From: a virus
Taxonomy: Duplodnaviria > Caudoviricetes
IMG/VR virus record: IMGVR_UViG_3300037467_001722
Coordinates: 1-28,344 of that record
Reading direction: 5' to 3' (one strand)
Length of the DNA: 28,344 bases
In this document: positions 1-7,626 of the stretch, piece after piece
Numbering within the stretch: position 1 is the first letter of the stretch
Layout: each line of letters opens with the position of its first letter
Program-made: the position numbers and the translations under genes
The notes under the pieces: model-generated
Database searches by the model: none
What the model was told of the DNA's origin: nothing
The model's input: the letters and a program-made list of their open reading frames with translations, nothing else

Positions 1-270
1 GATAAACGTAAATCTATTAGACCAACAAAAGAACAGATGAAAGAATATGGCATTGACCATTATCAAGGTCGTCAGTTTAGATATGTTTATTTTTTATGTG
101 ATAAAAGAGAAATTAAGAGGTTGAAAGATGAATCTTTGGTCGAATTAAGTATTAATTATCCAAAGGAAAAAGATTTATATTGGAGAAAAAAGAATGAATT
201 AGGCAAATGGGTTGTATCAGAAAGACCATTGTATGATGTTAATGCAAATGATGTAAAATTTAATCAATAA
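1..270 (+). CDS. C-terminal part of a probable Mom-like DNA modification protein (5'-truncated by window edge)
   Basis: Frame 1 is open from base 1 (DKRKSIRPTKEQMKEYG...). The ending GRQFRYVYFL...L...YPK resembles C-termini of phage Mom-like proteins. The catalytic region lies outside the window. Confidence 0.45.
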   Translation, partial: DKRKSIRPTKEQMKEYGIDHYQGRQFRYVYFLCDKREIKRLKDESLVELSINYPKEKDLYWRKKNELGKWVVSERPLYDVNANDVKFNQ

Positions 271-275
271 ATGTA

Positions 276-304
276 TTGACAAATACAATAAATAATGATA
301 TAAT
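276..304 (+). promoter_or_regulatory. sigmaA-type promoter, repeat-family copy 1
   Basis: TTGACA(276-281)-aatacaataaataatga(17 nt, TG extended -10)-TATAAT(299-304). Confidence 0.9.
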
Positions 305-327
305 TAATATTGTTGAGAGGTGATAGT

Positions 328-513
328 ATGATAGAAGTTGAAAAAGATACCTTTAAATATTTTGTATCATATACAAATAAATTAAATGTTTTTGTTGATA
401 CAGTCATGACATTAAAAGGTACAGATTTTATATCAGAAGGAAATTTAATTGCACAAATCATTGGCAAAAAACATTTCATTAAGAGTCAATGGTATATCCA
501 AATGTTAGGATAA
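328..513 (+). CDS. hypothetical phage protein (61 aa)
   Basis: GAGGTGA SD upstream of ATG at 328; first gene after the promoter. Confidence 0.7.
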   Translation: MIEVEKDTFKYFVSYTNKLNVFVDTVMTLKGTDFISEGNLIAQIIGKKHFIKSQWYIQMLG

Positions 514-530
514 TAAAAGGAGATGATAAT

Positions 531-710
531 ATGAAATGGGAATTTACACTTGTAGATGGAAGTATTACTGTAATAGATGGTGGGAAAGATGCAGATTTTA
601 GGTCATTACAATCAGTAATGAAAATTTTAGAATTAAGACAATGGATTGGAATTTCAGAAAGCGAAGGAATTAGAACTTCAACTGTTATGAAAATTAGACA
701 AATACAATAA
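531..710 (+). CDS. hypothetical phage protein (59 aa)
   Basis: AAAGGAGA SD upstream of ATG at 531. Confidence 0.75.
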   Translation: MKWEFTLVDGSITVIDGGKDADFRSLQSVMKILELRQWIGISESEGIRTSTVMKIRQIQ

Positions 711-716
711 ATAATA
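697..716 (+). promoter_or_regulatory. orphan copy of the promoter-spacer motif (putative operator)
   Basis: GACAAATACAATAAATAATA matches the promoter repeat but has no -10 box; it abuts the AAGGTGA SD of the 730 gene. Confidence 0.55.
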
Positions 717-729
717 AGAAGGTGACAAT

Positions 730-1086
730 ATGTTATTAGAAATGGTAAATGGTGGAATTATTGAAATTTCAAGTGATACTTGGAGTTCAAGCGGTTGTGA
801 AACTTGCGATTGGGGAAGTGAATATGTTAATCAGTTTGAAATTGATTTAACAACTAAACGAATTACAATTGAAGCAAGTCAAATGTATGACTTTCCATTA
901 ACAGAAGGATTCATGATGAAATTAATGATATCTAACGTTGATTTGATTAAAGGTATGACCGAAGATGGTTTTGAAGAATGGCTAAGAGAACAGTTTAAAG
1001 AGGTTGTTGATAAAGATGGTTGGGGAGTAGCTTATAGAGATTTTGAGGTTGATATTAAAGTAGAAAATTTTGAAGGAGAGATTTAA
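730..1086 (+). CDS. hypothetical phage protein with GCETCDWGS (CxxC) motif
   Basis: 118 aa ORF with AAGGTGA SD. Confidence 0.8.
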   Translation: MLLEMVNGGIIEISSDTWSSSGCETCDWGSEYVNQFEIDLTTKRITIEASQMYDFPLTEGFMMKLMISNVDLIKGMTEDGFEEWLREQFKEVVDKDGWGVAYRDFEVDIKVENFEGEI

Positions 1087-1087
1087 T

Positions 1088-1339
1088 ATGATGATTGAAA
1101 TTATCCAAGAAAAACGAGTTCCATCTAAACGATTTACTTTTGATATAGCAAAGCATTTATATCAATATAAAGAAGATAAAGGTAGAATCTATACATACGA
1201 ATATATAGATGGTCAACATTTTGTAATGTGGATTGATAAAGATGGACATCCAACACTTACTGAAAAATACACATTTGAAGATATTCAAGAGAATCTTGAT
1301 TTAGGTGATTGGATTGTTCTTGAAAATTTAGATAAATAA
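1088..1339 (+). CDS. hypothetical phage protein, paralog of 1352..1651
   Basis: AAGGAGAG SD; shares YTYE.ID.....W.D.DG...G.WI pattern with the next gene. Confidence 0.8.
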   Translation: MMIEIIQEKRVPSKRFTFDIAKHLYQYKEDKGRIYTYEYIDGQHFVMWIDKDGHPTLTEKYTFEDIQENLDLGDWIVLENLDK

Positions 1340-1351
1340 GGAGAGATTTAA

Positions 1352-1651
1352 ATGAAAGCGACAATTACAGAAACAGTAGTAACTACAAAACATATTAATG
1401 CTACAAAATTTACATTCAAACAAAGAGATGATAGTCAATTGTATACATATGAAGAGATTGATGATGTGACTTATATATCATGGGTTGATGATGATGGTAG
1501 TATTTCATTTCATACAAGTTGGAATGTAGACCAAGTTGAGAGATTTATTGAAAGAGGTACATGGATTATTGTAGATGTTATTATTGGTGATGTTTTAGGG
1601 CATGACGAAAAAGAAGATGATTTATACGATTTTTCAAATAAAGTATTTTGA
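1352..1651 (+). CDS. hypothetical phage protein, paralog of 1088..1339
   Basis: AAGGAGAG SD; 99 aa; stop codon lies inside palindrome copy 1. Confidence 0.8.
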   Translation: MKATITETVVTTKHINATKFTFKQRDDSQLYTYEEIDDVTYISWVDDDGSISFHTSWNVDQVERFIERGTWIIVDVIIGDVLGHDEKEDDLYDFSNKVF

Positions 1652-1672
1652 TAAAAACTATCTTTTATCAAA
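1647..1672. repeat. 10-6-10 palindrome, copy 1
   Basis: TTTGATAAAA-ACTATC-TTTTATCAAA (perfect inverted repeat), followed directly by GAGGTGA SD. Confidence 0.85.
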
Positions 1673-1684
1673 GAGGTGATATAA

Positions 1685-1831
1685 GTGTCAAAAGAGATTA
1701 AAGAGGGCGAAGCAAACACTACTAATCTGTGGATTCCTAGAGGTTGGGTTCGTGCTAGACGAGTTGAAGAAGGTTGGAAGCCTTTATCAGAACGTAAAAA
1801 GAGGAAAAGTAAAAAAGAGAAAAGTGAATAG
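1685..1831 (+). CDS. small basic hypothetical protein (48 aa, GTG start; absent from ORF track)
   Basis: AGAGGTGA SD; translates MSKEIKEGEANTTNLWIPRGWVRARRVEEGWKPLSERKKRKSKKEKSE*. Confidence 0.65.
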   Translation: MSKEIKEGEANTTNLWIPRGWVRARRVEEGWKPLSERKKRKSKKEKSE

Positions 1832-1864
1832 TAGACAATTAATGTTCATTAGTGAGGTGAAGTA

Positions 1865-2098
1865 ATGAAAAGGAAAATTAGGTTTTGGAAGAAGTTAATA
1901 ATATTTTATAAATTTTTACTTGAAAAAGAAGGATATGGTTTAGAAGCTTCATGTGACCATTGTGATTCTTCTAAAATAGATAGAATCAAGGCAAAGGTGT
2001 TTGTAGTTGATGAAAACACAAAGAAATATCAAGCAACATATAGGTGTATGGATTGTGGTGCAATAGCAGATGTTCACGAAACTTGGAAAAAGTCTTAG
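1865..2098 (+). CDS. hypothetical zinc-ribbon protein (77 aa)
   Basis: GAGGTGA SD; CDHC...CMDC motifs. Confidence 0.75.
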   Translation: MKRKIRFWKKLIIFYKFLLEKEGYGLEASCDHCDSSKIDRIKAKVFVVDENTKKYQATYRCMDCGAIADVHETWKKS

Positions 2099-2118
2099 TG
2101 AATGTTACGAATATACAG

Positions 2119-2144
2119 TTTAATAAAATCTAAATTTTATCAAA
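2119..2144. repeat. 10-6-10 palindrome, copy 2
   Basis: TTTAATAAAA-TCTAAA-TTTTATCAAA, followed directly by GGAGAG SD. Confidence 0.8.
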
Positions 2145-2156
2145 GGAGAGATTAAT

Positions 2157-2324
2157 ATGGAAATAAAAACTTTCACAGTATATCTTCATGGTTGTGATGA
2201 CACAACTAGTTTTGATATGGATTTAACAAAAGAAGAGTTAAAATTGATTGTCAAATTACAAATGTTATCACAAGAAAAATCAAGATATGCTTGTCAACCT
2301 GTATTAGAAGTTGAATTAAAATAA
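2157..2324 (+). CDS. small hypothetical protein (55 aa; absent from ORF track)
   Basis: AAAGGAGAG SD; MEIKTFTVYLHGCDDTTSFDMDLTKEE...RYACQPVLEVELK*. Confidence 0.75.
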   Translation: MEIKTFTVYLHGCDDTTSFDMDLTKEELKLIVKLQMLSQEKSRYACQPVLEVELK

Positions 2325-2341
2325 GAATAGGAGATTACAAG

Positions 2342-2776
2342 ATGACACCTAAGAATAAAACAGTAGAAGAACATGATGAAATTATTAATACAACATATGT
2401 CGCACATTATGAATCTCATGAAGATAGAGAAGAAAGTAAACTCTTCAAAAAGACTAAAAAAGAAATACACAAAGAAAATATTCCTTGCTTCATCAACAAT
2501 GGAAAATGTGAAGGTGGTATTGAAATCCATCACAATATTATTGAATGGTCGGCTCAAAATGGAGTTGATTGGGAGAAAGTTCAAAAAGACCATCCCGAAT
2601 TTAATGATATTGATGAGAGATATCAAATGATGGCATTGTGTGAAAAACACCATAGACATAAAGGTTTTGGAATACATACTACACCTTATCCAATATGGAT
2701 ACTTCAAAAATACATGAATGATGAAGCATTGGAAGATTTTGAAAATGCAGTTATGGAAAAATTATACAAAAAATAG
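2342..2776 (+). CDS. HNH-like (His/Cys metal-finger) phage protein
   Basis: C....C...IEIHH...LCEKHHR...GIH pattern resembles HNH-type domains; AGGAGA SD. Confidence 0.55.
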   Translation: MTPKNKTVEEHDEIINTTYVAHYESHEDREESKLFKKTKKEIHKENIPCFINNGKCEGGIEIHHNIIEWSAQNGVDWEKVQKDHPEFNDIDERYQMMALCEKHHRHKGFGIHTTPYPIWILQKYMNDEALEDFENAVMEKLYKK

Positions 2777-2785
2777 TAAAAACTA

Positions 2786-2814
2786 TTGACAAGTGTAATA
2801 AATAATGATATAAT
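2786..2814 (+). promoter_or_regulatory. sigmaA-type promoter, repeat-family copy 2 (drives the NAD+ operon)
   Basis: TTGACA-agtgtaataaataatga-TATAAT, 17 nt spacer. Confidence 0.9.
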
Positions 2815-2837
2815 TAAGATATAAAGGAGATGATAAT

Positions 2838-3722
2838 ATGATTAAAATTGGAAAACAAGAGGTTAAGTTTGAAAGATTTCCAAATGGAGAAACTAGATTG
2901 GTGGTTGATAGTATTAATTTAAAAGATTTATATGTTTTTCCATTTGCAAAAGTTGAATTTAAATTTGAAGATGATTCCGATTTAATTAAATTAATGTTTG
3001 TTAAAAATTATTTAGATGGAATTGGTATTGAAGATGTTGAGTTACTTATTTATTACATGCCATATTCAAGAATGGATAGAAGCGAAGATGGTTCACCATT
3101 TACACTAAAATATGTTAGTAATTTTATCAATAGTTTGAATTTCAAACACATAGAGGTGATTGAACCACATTCAGATGTGACACCTGCTTTATTAAATAAT
3201 GTAAATCCTAAATTCATCAACTTTAATCTTCTACCTCTTGTAATGGATGAAATTAGATTTGATATTGAAAAGGATTATGTTGTGTTTCCCGATTTAGGGG
3301 CTTCAAGACGATACAAAAACATGAAAATAAATAATGTTTTAATTGGTAATAAAAATCGTGATTTTGGAACAGGAGATATCAAATCTCTTGACCTACTTGG
3401 AGATACAGATAATGGAAGAAAAACATATGGTCGAACTGCAATAATAGTAGACGATTTAAGTAGTTATGGTGGTACGTTTATTCAAATGGCAGATAGATTA
3501 TATCAAGAAGGATTTAGTAATGTATATTTATTAGTCGCACATGCCGAAAATGTTATCTTTAAACGTAATGAGAGAACAGGTAAATTATTATTTGAACATG
3601 TTGAAAAAGTATTTACAACTGATAGTCTTTTAACACATCAAAATAATTGGGAAACTCAAGTATTTAGACCGCAATTGAAAGTTTATGCGATTGAAGATTT
3701 GATTGAAGAGAATGTACTATGA
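2838..3722 (+). CDS. adps: ribose-phosphate pyrophosphokinase-like protein; probable ADPR-PP synthetase (Adps) of the NARP1 NAD+ reconstitution pathway
   Basis: PRPP synthetase motifs FPNGE, YMPYSRMDR, PDLGA, IVDDLSSYGGTF; co-operonic with a NAMPT homolog. Confidence 0.85.
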   Translation: MIKIGKQEVKFERFPNGETRLVVDSINLKDLYVFPFAKVEFKFEDDSDLIKLMFVKNYLDGIGIEDVELLIYYMPYSRMDRSEDGSPFTLKYVSNFINSLNFKHIEVIEPHSDVTPALLNNVNPKFINFNLLPLVMDEIRFDIEKDYVVFPDLGASRRYKNMKINNVLIGNKNRDFGTGDIKSLDLLGDTDNGRKTYGRTAIIVDDLSSYGGTFIQMADRLYQEGFSNVYLLVAHAENVIFKRNERTGKLLFEHVEKVFTTDSLLTHQNNWETQVFRPQLKVYAIEDLIEENVL

Positions 3723-4123
3723 TGGATTATTATTTACAAGATTTAAATGTGATTAATAGATTAGTAGATGAGTGGGAAAAGTATGGAAAGTTAGTTATAG
3801 CTTATGATTTTGATAACACTGTTTATGACTTTCACAACAAAGGATATAAATTTGATAAAGTAATTGAGTTATTAAGAGAGTGTAGAGAATATGGTGCATA
3901 TTTTATTGTTTTTACTGCTAGTTTACCTAGTCGATATGAATTTATTAGAAATTATTTAGATGAAAATAATATTCCATATGACTCAATTAATGAAGATTAT
4001 CATGAAACAAGCTATATGGGAAGAAAAATTTATTACAATATTCTATTGGATGATAGAGCAGGTTTATCATCTGCTTATCAAAATTTAAAATGGACACTAG
4101 ATATATTAAAAGGAGAGAGATAA
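3719..4123 (+). CDS. small capless HAD-superfamily phosphatase-like protein
   Basis: HAD motifs IAYDFDNTV (DxD), FTAS, K..YNILLDDRAG; ATGA overlap with adps. Confidence 0.75.
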   Translation: MMDYYLQDLNVINRLVDEWEKYGKLVIAYDFDNTVYDFHNKGYKFDKVIELLRECREYGAYFIVFTASLPSRYEFIRNYLDENNIPYDSINEDYHETSYMGRKIYYNILLDDRAGLSSAYQNLKWTLDILKGER

Positions 4124-4124
4124 T

Positions 4125-5852
4125 ATGAGTAAAGTTTTTTATCCTGCAACATTATTATGTGATTTTTATAAAGTTAGTCACCGAGAGCAGTATCCAAATG
4201 GAACTGAAACAATTTACAGTACATGGATTCCACGCTCAAACAAATATTTTCCACAAGCAGATAAAGTTGTAACATTTGGTGTACAAGCATTTATTAAAGA
4301 ATATTTAATCAACTACTTCAATGAAAACTTCTTTAGCAGACCTTTAGAAGATGTGATTTCAGAATATAAGCGATTCATTAAGTATACACTATTAGTGGAT
4401 AATGTAGATTCTACTCATATTGAAGAATTGCATAAATTAGGGTATTTGCCTATTAAGTTAAAAAGTTTAAAAGAGGGAACTCTAGCACCGATTAAAACTC
4501 CAATGTTGACAGTAGAAAATACTAATTCTAAATTCTTTTGGGTTACTAACTATTTAGAAACATTGATTTCAAATCAGTTATGGTTACCAATGACATCTGC
4601 AACAATTTCATATCAATATCGTAAATTATTAGATGAGTACGCTTTAAAAACTGTTGGAAATACAGAAGGTGTGCAGTTCCAAGCACATGATTTCAGTATG
4701 AGAGGTATGGGAAGTTTAGAATCTTCTAAATTAAGTGGTGCAGGTCATTTATTAAATTTCGTTGGAACTGATACAATTCCTGCTATTGGATTCCATGAAC
4801 AATATTACAATGCTAATATTGAAACGGAATTAGTTGGTACTTCAATTCCTGCCACCGAACATAGTGTTATGTGTAGCTATGGACAAACAGATGAGTTTGA
4901 ATTATTTAAACATTTAATGCTTGACGTATATCCAAATGGATTCTTTAGTGTTGTATCTGATACATGGGATTTTTGGAAAGTAGTTGGTGAGTATTTACCA
5001 AAACTTAAAAATGAAATTATGAATCGTGATGGTCGAGTGGTTATTAGACCCGATAGTGGAAACCCTGTTGACATCATTTGTGGTAAACATATTGAAGATT
5101 TAACAAATAATAAGTGGGCAAAAACACTTGAAGGTGCAAAAAACCTATTCTATGACATGTTAATGCAGGAACTTAGTGACAACACACCACATGGAGAACA
5201 TGGTGAAACAGAGGTTTATGGTCAATTCAAATACCAAGATAAATATTATGAGATGGAAATTGAAGTGATGTATGACCGATATGACAAACAATATTATTAT
5301 ATTGATGAATCTAGATTAGTTAAATTTGAAGAATTTACACCTTCAATTGTTGACTTAGGATTGATTGAATCTTTATGGGATATTTTCGGTGGAACTATTA
5401 CTGAAAAAGGTTATAAATTATTAGATACACATATTGGTGCAATTTATGGAGATTCTATTACTCTAGAACGTGCAGAAGAAATTGTTAATCGTTTAGCAGT
5501 AAAAGGATTTGCTTCTACTAATATTGTATTCGGAGTGGGTTCTTATACTTACCAAATGAAATCAAGAGATTCTCTAGGATTTGCTATGAAATCTACTTGG
5601 GCAGAAGTTGATGGAGAAGAACGATTCTTATTCAAAGACCCTAAAACAGACGATGGAACTAAAAAATCATTAACAGGTCGAGTTGCAGTAACAGAAGTAA
5701 ATGGAGAAATTATTACTACGGATGGCTTAAACCAACATACTTATGATTTCAACTTTGCAAATAGAGATTTATTAGAAACAGTTTTTGAAAATGGTAAACT
5801 AGTTCGTGAACAATCACTATCTGACATCCGAGAATTAATTCAACAACAATGA
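4125..5852 (+). CDS. namat: nicotinamide phosphoribosyltransferase-like protein; probable nicotinamide ADPR transferase (Namat) of NARP1
   Basis: NAMPT motifs DFYKVSH, HDFSMRG, GTDT, PATEHS, SDTWD, RPDSG, YGDSI, FGVGS, KDPKTD..KKS. Confidence 0.9.
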   Translation: MSKVFYPATLLCDFYKVSHREQYPNGTETIYSTWIPRSNKYFPQADKVVTFGVQAFIKEYLINYFNENFFSRPLEDVISEYKRFIKYTLLVDNVDSTHIEELHKLGYLPIKLKSLKEGTLAPIKTPMLTVENTNSKFFWVTNYLETLISNQLWLPMTSATISYQYRKLLDEYALKTVGNTEGVQFQAHDFSMRGMGSLESSKLSGAGHLLNFVGTDTIPAIGFHEQYYNANIETELVGTSIPATEHSVMCSYGQTDEFELFKHLMLDVYPNGFFSVVSDTWDFWKVVGEYLPKLKNEIMNRDGRVVIRPDSGNPVDIICGKHIEDLTNNKWAKTLEGAKNLFYDMLMQELSDNTPHGEHGETEVYGQFKYQDKYYEMEIEVMYDRYDKQYYYIDESRLVKFEEFTPSIVDLGLIESLWDIFGGTITEKGYKLLDTHIGAIYGDSITLERAEEIVNRLAVKGFASTNIVFGVGSYTYQMKSRDSLGFAMKSTWAEVDGEERFLFKDPKTDDGTKKSLTGRVAVTEVNGEIITTDGLNQHTYDFNFANRDLLETVFENGKLVREQSLSDIRELIQQQ

Positions 5853-5858
5853 TAGTTA

Positions 5859-5888
5859 AAGGTAGTCGAAAGACTACCTTATTTTTTT
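5859..5888 (+). terminator. Rho-independent terminator closing the NAD+ operon
   Basis: AAGGTAGTC-GAAA-GACTACCTT followed by ATTTTTTT. Confidence 0.9.
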
Positions 5889-5897
5889 GAAAAACTA

Positions 5898-5926
5898 TTG
5901 ACAAATACAATAAATAATGATATAAT
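5898..5926 (+). promoter_or_regulatory. sigmaA-type promoter, repeat-family copy 3
   Basis: TTGACA-aatacaataaataatga-TATAAT, identical to copy 1. Confidence 0.9.
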
Positions 5927-5950
5927 TATAAATGTAAAGGAGATGAGAAA

Positions 5951-6118
5951 ATGAATAAAGAAGAGACAAAGATGATTATTAAAGAATGTATTTTTGAAGG
6001 TGTAATGCTAGGAAATGACATAGTGGCAGTATTAAGAAGCTTACATTTTTCTGATGGTTTTGAACAAGATGATATTAGGGAAGCATATCAAGAATTATTG
6101 GTAGAAGCAGGGGTTTAA
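5951..6118 (+). CDS. small hypothetical protein (55 aa; absent from ORF track)
   Basis: AAAGGAGA SD; MNKEETKMIIKECIFEG...ELLVEAGV*; stop lies in palindrome copy 3. Confidence 0.75.
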   Translation: MNKEETKMIIKECIFEGVMLGNDIVAVLRSLHFSDGFEQDDIREAYQELLVEAGV

Positions 6119-6139
6119 TAAAATGAAGATTTTATAAAA
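6114..6139. repeat. 10-6-10 palindrome, copy 3
   Basis: TTTAATAAAA-TGAAGA-TTTTATAAAA then GGAGA. Confidence 0.8.
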
Positions 6140-6151
6140 GGAGATGAGAAT

Positions 6152-6268
6152 ATGGATTCTTTAGATTTAATGATTGAAATTGAAAGATACTGTGCCATAA
6201 AAGGAATAGATATAAGTGAAGAAACGATTTTGGGACTGATTTCAGAGTTGGCGAATGAAGAAGGTTAA
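6152..6268 (+). CDS. acidic microprotein (38 aa; absent from ORF track)
   Basis: AAAGGAGA SD; MDSLDLMIEIERYCAIKGIDISEETILGLISELANEEG*; bracketed by palindrome copies 3 and 4. Confidence 0.7.
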   Translation: MDSLDLMIEIERYCAIKGIDISEETILGLISELANEEG

Positions 6269-6289
6269 TAAAAGGAATATTTTATAAAA
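6264..6289. repeat. 10-6-10 palindrome, copy 4
   Basis: GTTAATAAAA-GGAATA-TTTTATAAAA then AGGAGA. Confidence 0.75.
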
Positions 6290-6304
6290 AGGAGAAAATA
6301 AAAA

Positions 6305-6634
6305 ATGACATTTTTAGTATTATTATTTGCACACTTATTAGCAGATTACCCATTACAAGGTGATTTCTTAGCAACAATGAAAGGCAAAAATCTAATTGTT
6401 TTATTAACCCATGCAGGAATTTGGACAGGTACAATTGCAACTGCATGGCACTTACTAGGACATGATGTAAACTATGGTTTGATTATTTCATTATTTGTAA
6501 TTCATGCAATCTTAGATTATTTAAAAGCTAGTAATAGATTCTTTTATAAGAAGTTTGATAGTTTAAAAGGTGGATTATTGATTGACCAATTATTCCATGT
6601 ATTACAAATAATTTCAGTAATGATGTTCTTTTAA
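6305..6634 (+). CDS. DUF3307-like membrane protein
   Basis: HLLADYPLQ...L..H...HA..D..K...DQ..H pattern with hydrophobic helices. Confidence 0.75.
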   Translation: MTFLVLLFAHLLADYPLQGDFLATMKGKNLIVLLTHAGIWTGTIATAWHLLGHDVNYGLIISLFVIHAILDYLKASNRFFYKKFDSLKGGLLIDQLFHVLQIISVMMFF

Positions 6635-6655
6635 TAAAAGAAGAATTTTATCAAA
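6630..6655. repeat. 10-6-10 palindrome, copy 5
   Basis: TTTAATAAAA-GAAGAA-TTTTATCAAA; contains the stop of the DUF3307-like gene. Confidence 0.8.
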
Positions 6656-6679
6656 TTATATTAATTAAAGGAGTAAGAG

Positions 6680-6976
6680 ATGACTGATAAATACGAATTA
6701 AATTTACAAGATATTGTAGAAAAATTAGAAATTGTTTTATTTGAAATGCAAATAGGTAAAAAAGTAGAGTTTACTGCATTAGATGGTAAAAATATGGCTT
6801 TGTTGGTTGCTAAAGTAAAACAACAAAACAATAGAATTGAAAAATTAGAAAATCAATTAAAAATTGAACGCAAGAATTTTGATTATCTTGAAAAAGCAGT
6901 AGACAAATCTTTCGATAGTGGAAGAATTTTTACTCATTTTCACCAAATACGAGAATATGAAGAAGGAGATAAATAA
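6680..6976 (+). CDS. hypothetical coiled-coil protein (98 aa)
   Basis: AAAGGAG SD; ORF track. Confidence 0.75.
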   Translation: MTDKYELNLQDIVEKLEIVLFEMQIGKKVEFTALDGKNMALLVAKVKQQNNRIEKLENQLKIERKNFDYLEKAVDKSFDSGRIFTHFHQIREYEEGDK

Positions 6977-6977
6977 A

Positions 6978-7349
6978 ATGGAAAAAGTAAAAATTAATCA
7001 AACGGTGGCGAATTGGATTGAAAATGCAAAATCATTATATAACTTTCAAGCGGTTGATTCGTTATTGATGTGGAGAGTTTTAGAGAATATTAGAAGTGAA
7101 CAAATGATTGAGGACGAAATCGACATCGTAACACTAGCAAAAGCGATTCAATACGGTTATGAGGTTGAGTATGAATTTAAGGTTGGGGATATACTTTATA
7201 GTCATTTTTCGAACAGGTTTGTCGAAATAACTGCAAGTATTAATGATTACAAAAAAGAATTATCTATTTCTTCATTATTAGAAAATATTCGTGAGGGTAA
7301 AAAATATGACTTAGTTTGCAAAGCAGAAGAAAGATATGACTTAAAATGA
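6978..7349 (+). CDS. hypothetical phage protein (DUF1642-like features)
   Basis: AAGGAGA SD before ATG 6978; KVKI.Q.VA.WIE...LAKAIQYGYEVE pattern. Confidence 0.65.
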   Translation: MEKVKINQTVANWIENAKSLYNFQAVDSLLMWRVLENIRSEQMIEDEIDIVTLAKAIQYGYEVEYEFKVGDILYSHFSNRFVEITASINDYKKELSISSLLENIREGKKYDLVCKAEERYDLK

Positions 7350-7459
7350 CAATTAGTATTAATAAAAATTGTCCGAAGTGTAACTTGACTTATTACGACT
7401 GTTTTTTAAAATATTGTTTAAAATGCAAAAAAGAATTAGAGTGGGGAAATGGAGAATGA
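7346..7459 (+). CDS. zinc-ribbon microprotein (37 aa; absent from ORF track)
   Basis: MTISINKNCPKCNLTYYDCFLKYCLKCKKELEWGNGE*; ATGA overlaps with both neighbours. Confidence 0.6.
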   Translation: MTISINKNCPKCNLTYYDCFLKYCLKCKKELEWGNGE

Positions 7460-7626
7460 GAAAAGTAAAATTTACAGGCTACATAATTTTTGATGAAGAA
7501 GAACTACAACACCGAGAAAATATGATTGGTCAACTTGACCATGAATTATTTAATGTCGATGGTGTAAGAGAATGGGAATTTGAAGAGATTAGCAATGAAG
7601 AGGTTGAGTGGGAGGATGAAGAATAA
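7456..7626 (+). CDS. small acidic hypothetical protein (56 aa)
   Basis: ATG at 7456 after a purine-rich SD-like stretch; TAATG overlap with the next gene. Confidence 0.7.
   Translation: MRKVKFTGYIIFDEEELQHRENMIGQLDHELFNVDGVREWEFEEISNEEVEWEDEE

Noticed and set aside
2838-5852. Plain NadV/NatV (NARP2-type) salvage pathway
   Set aside because: No NMN adenylyltransferase is visible; pairing with a Prs homolog fits NARP1 better, although this is unproven without assays.
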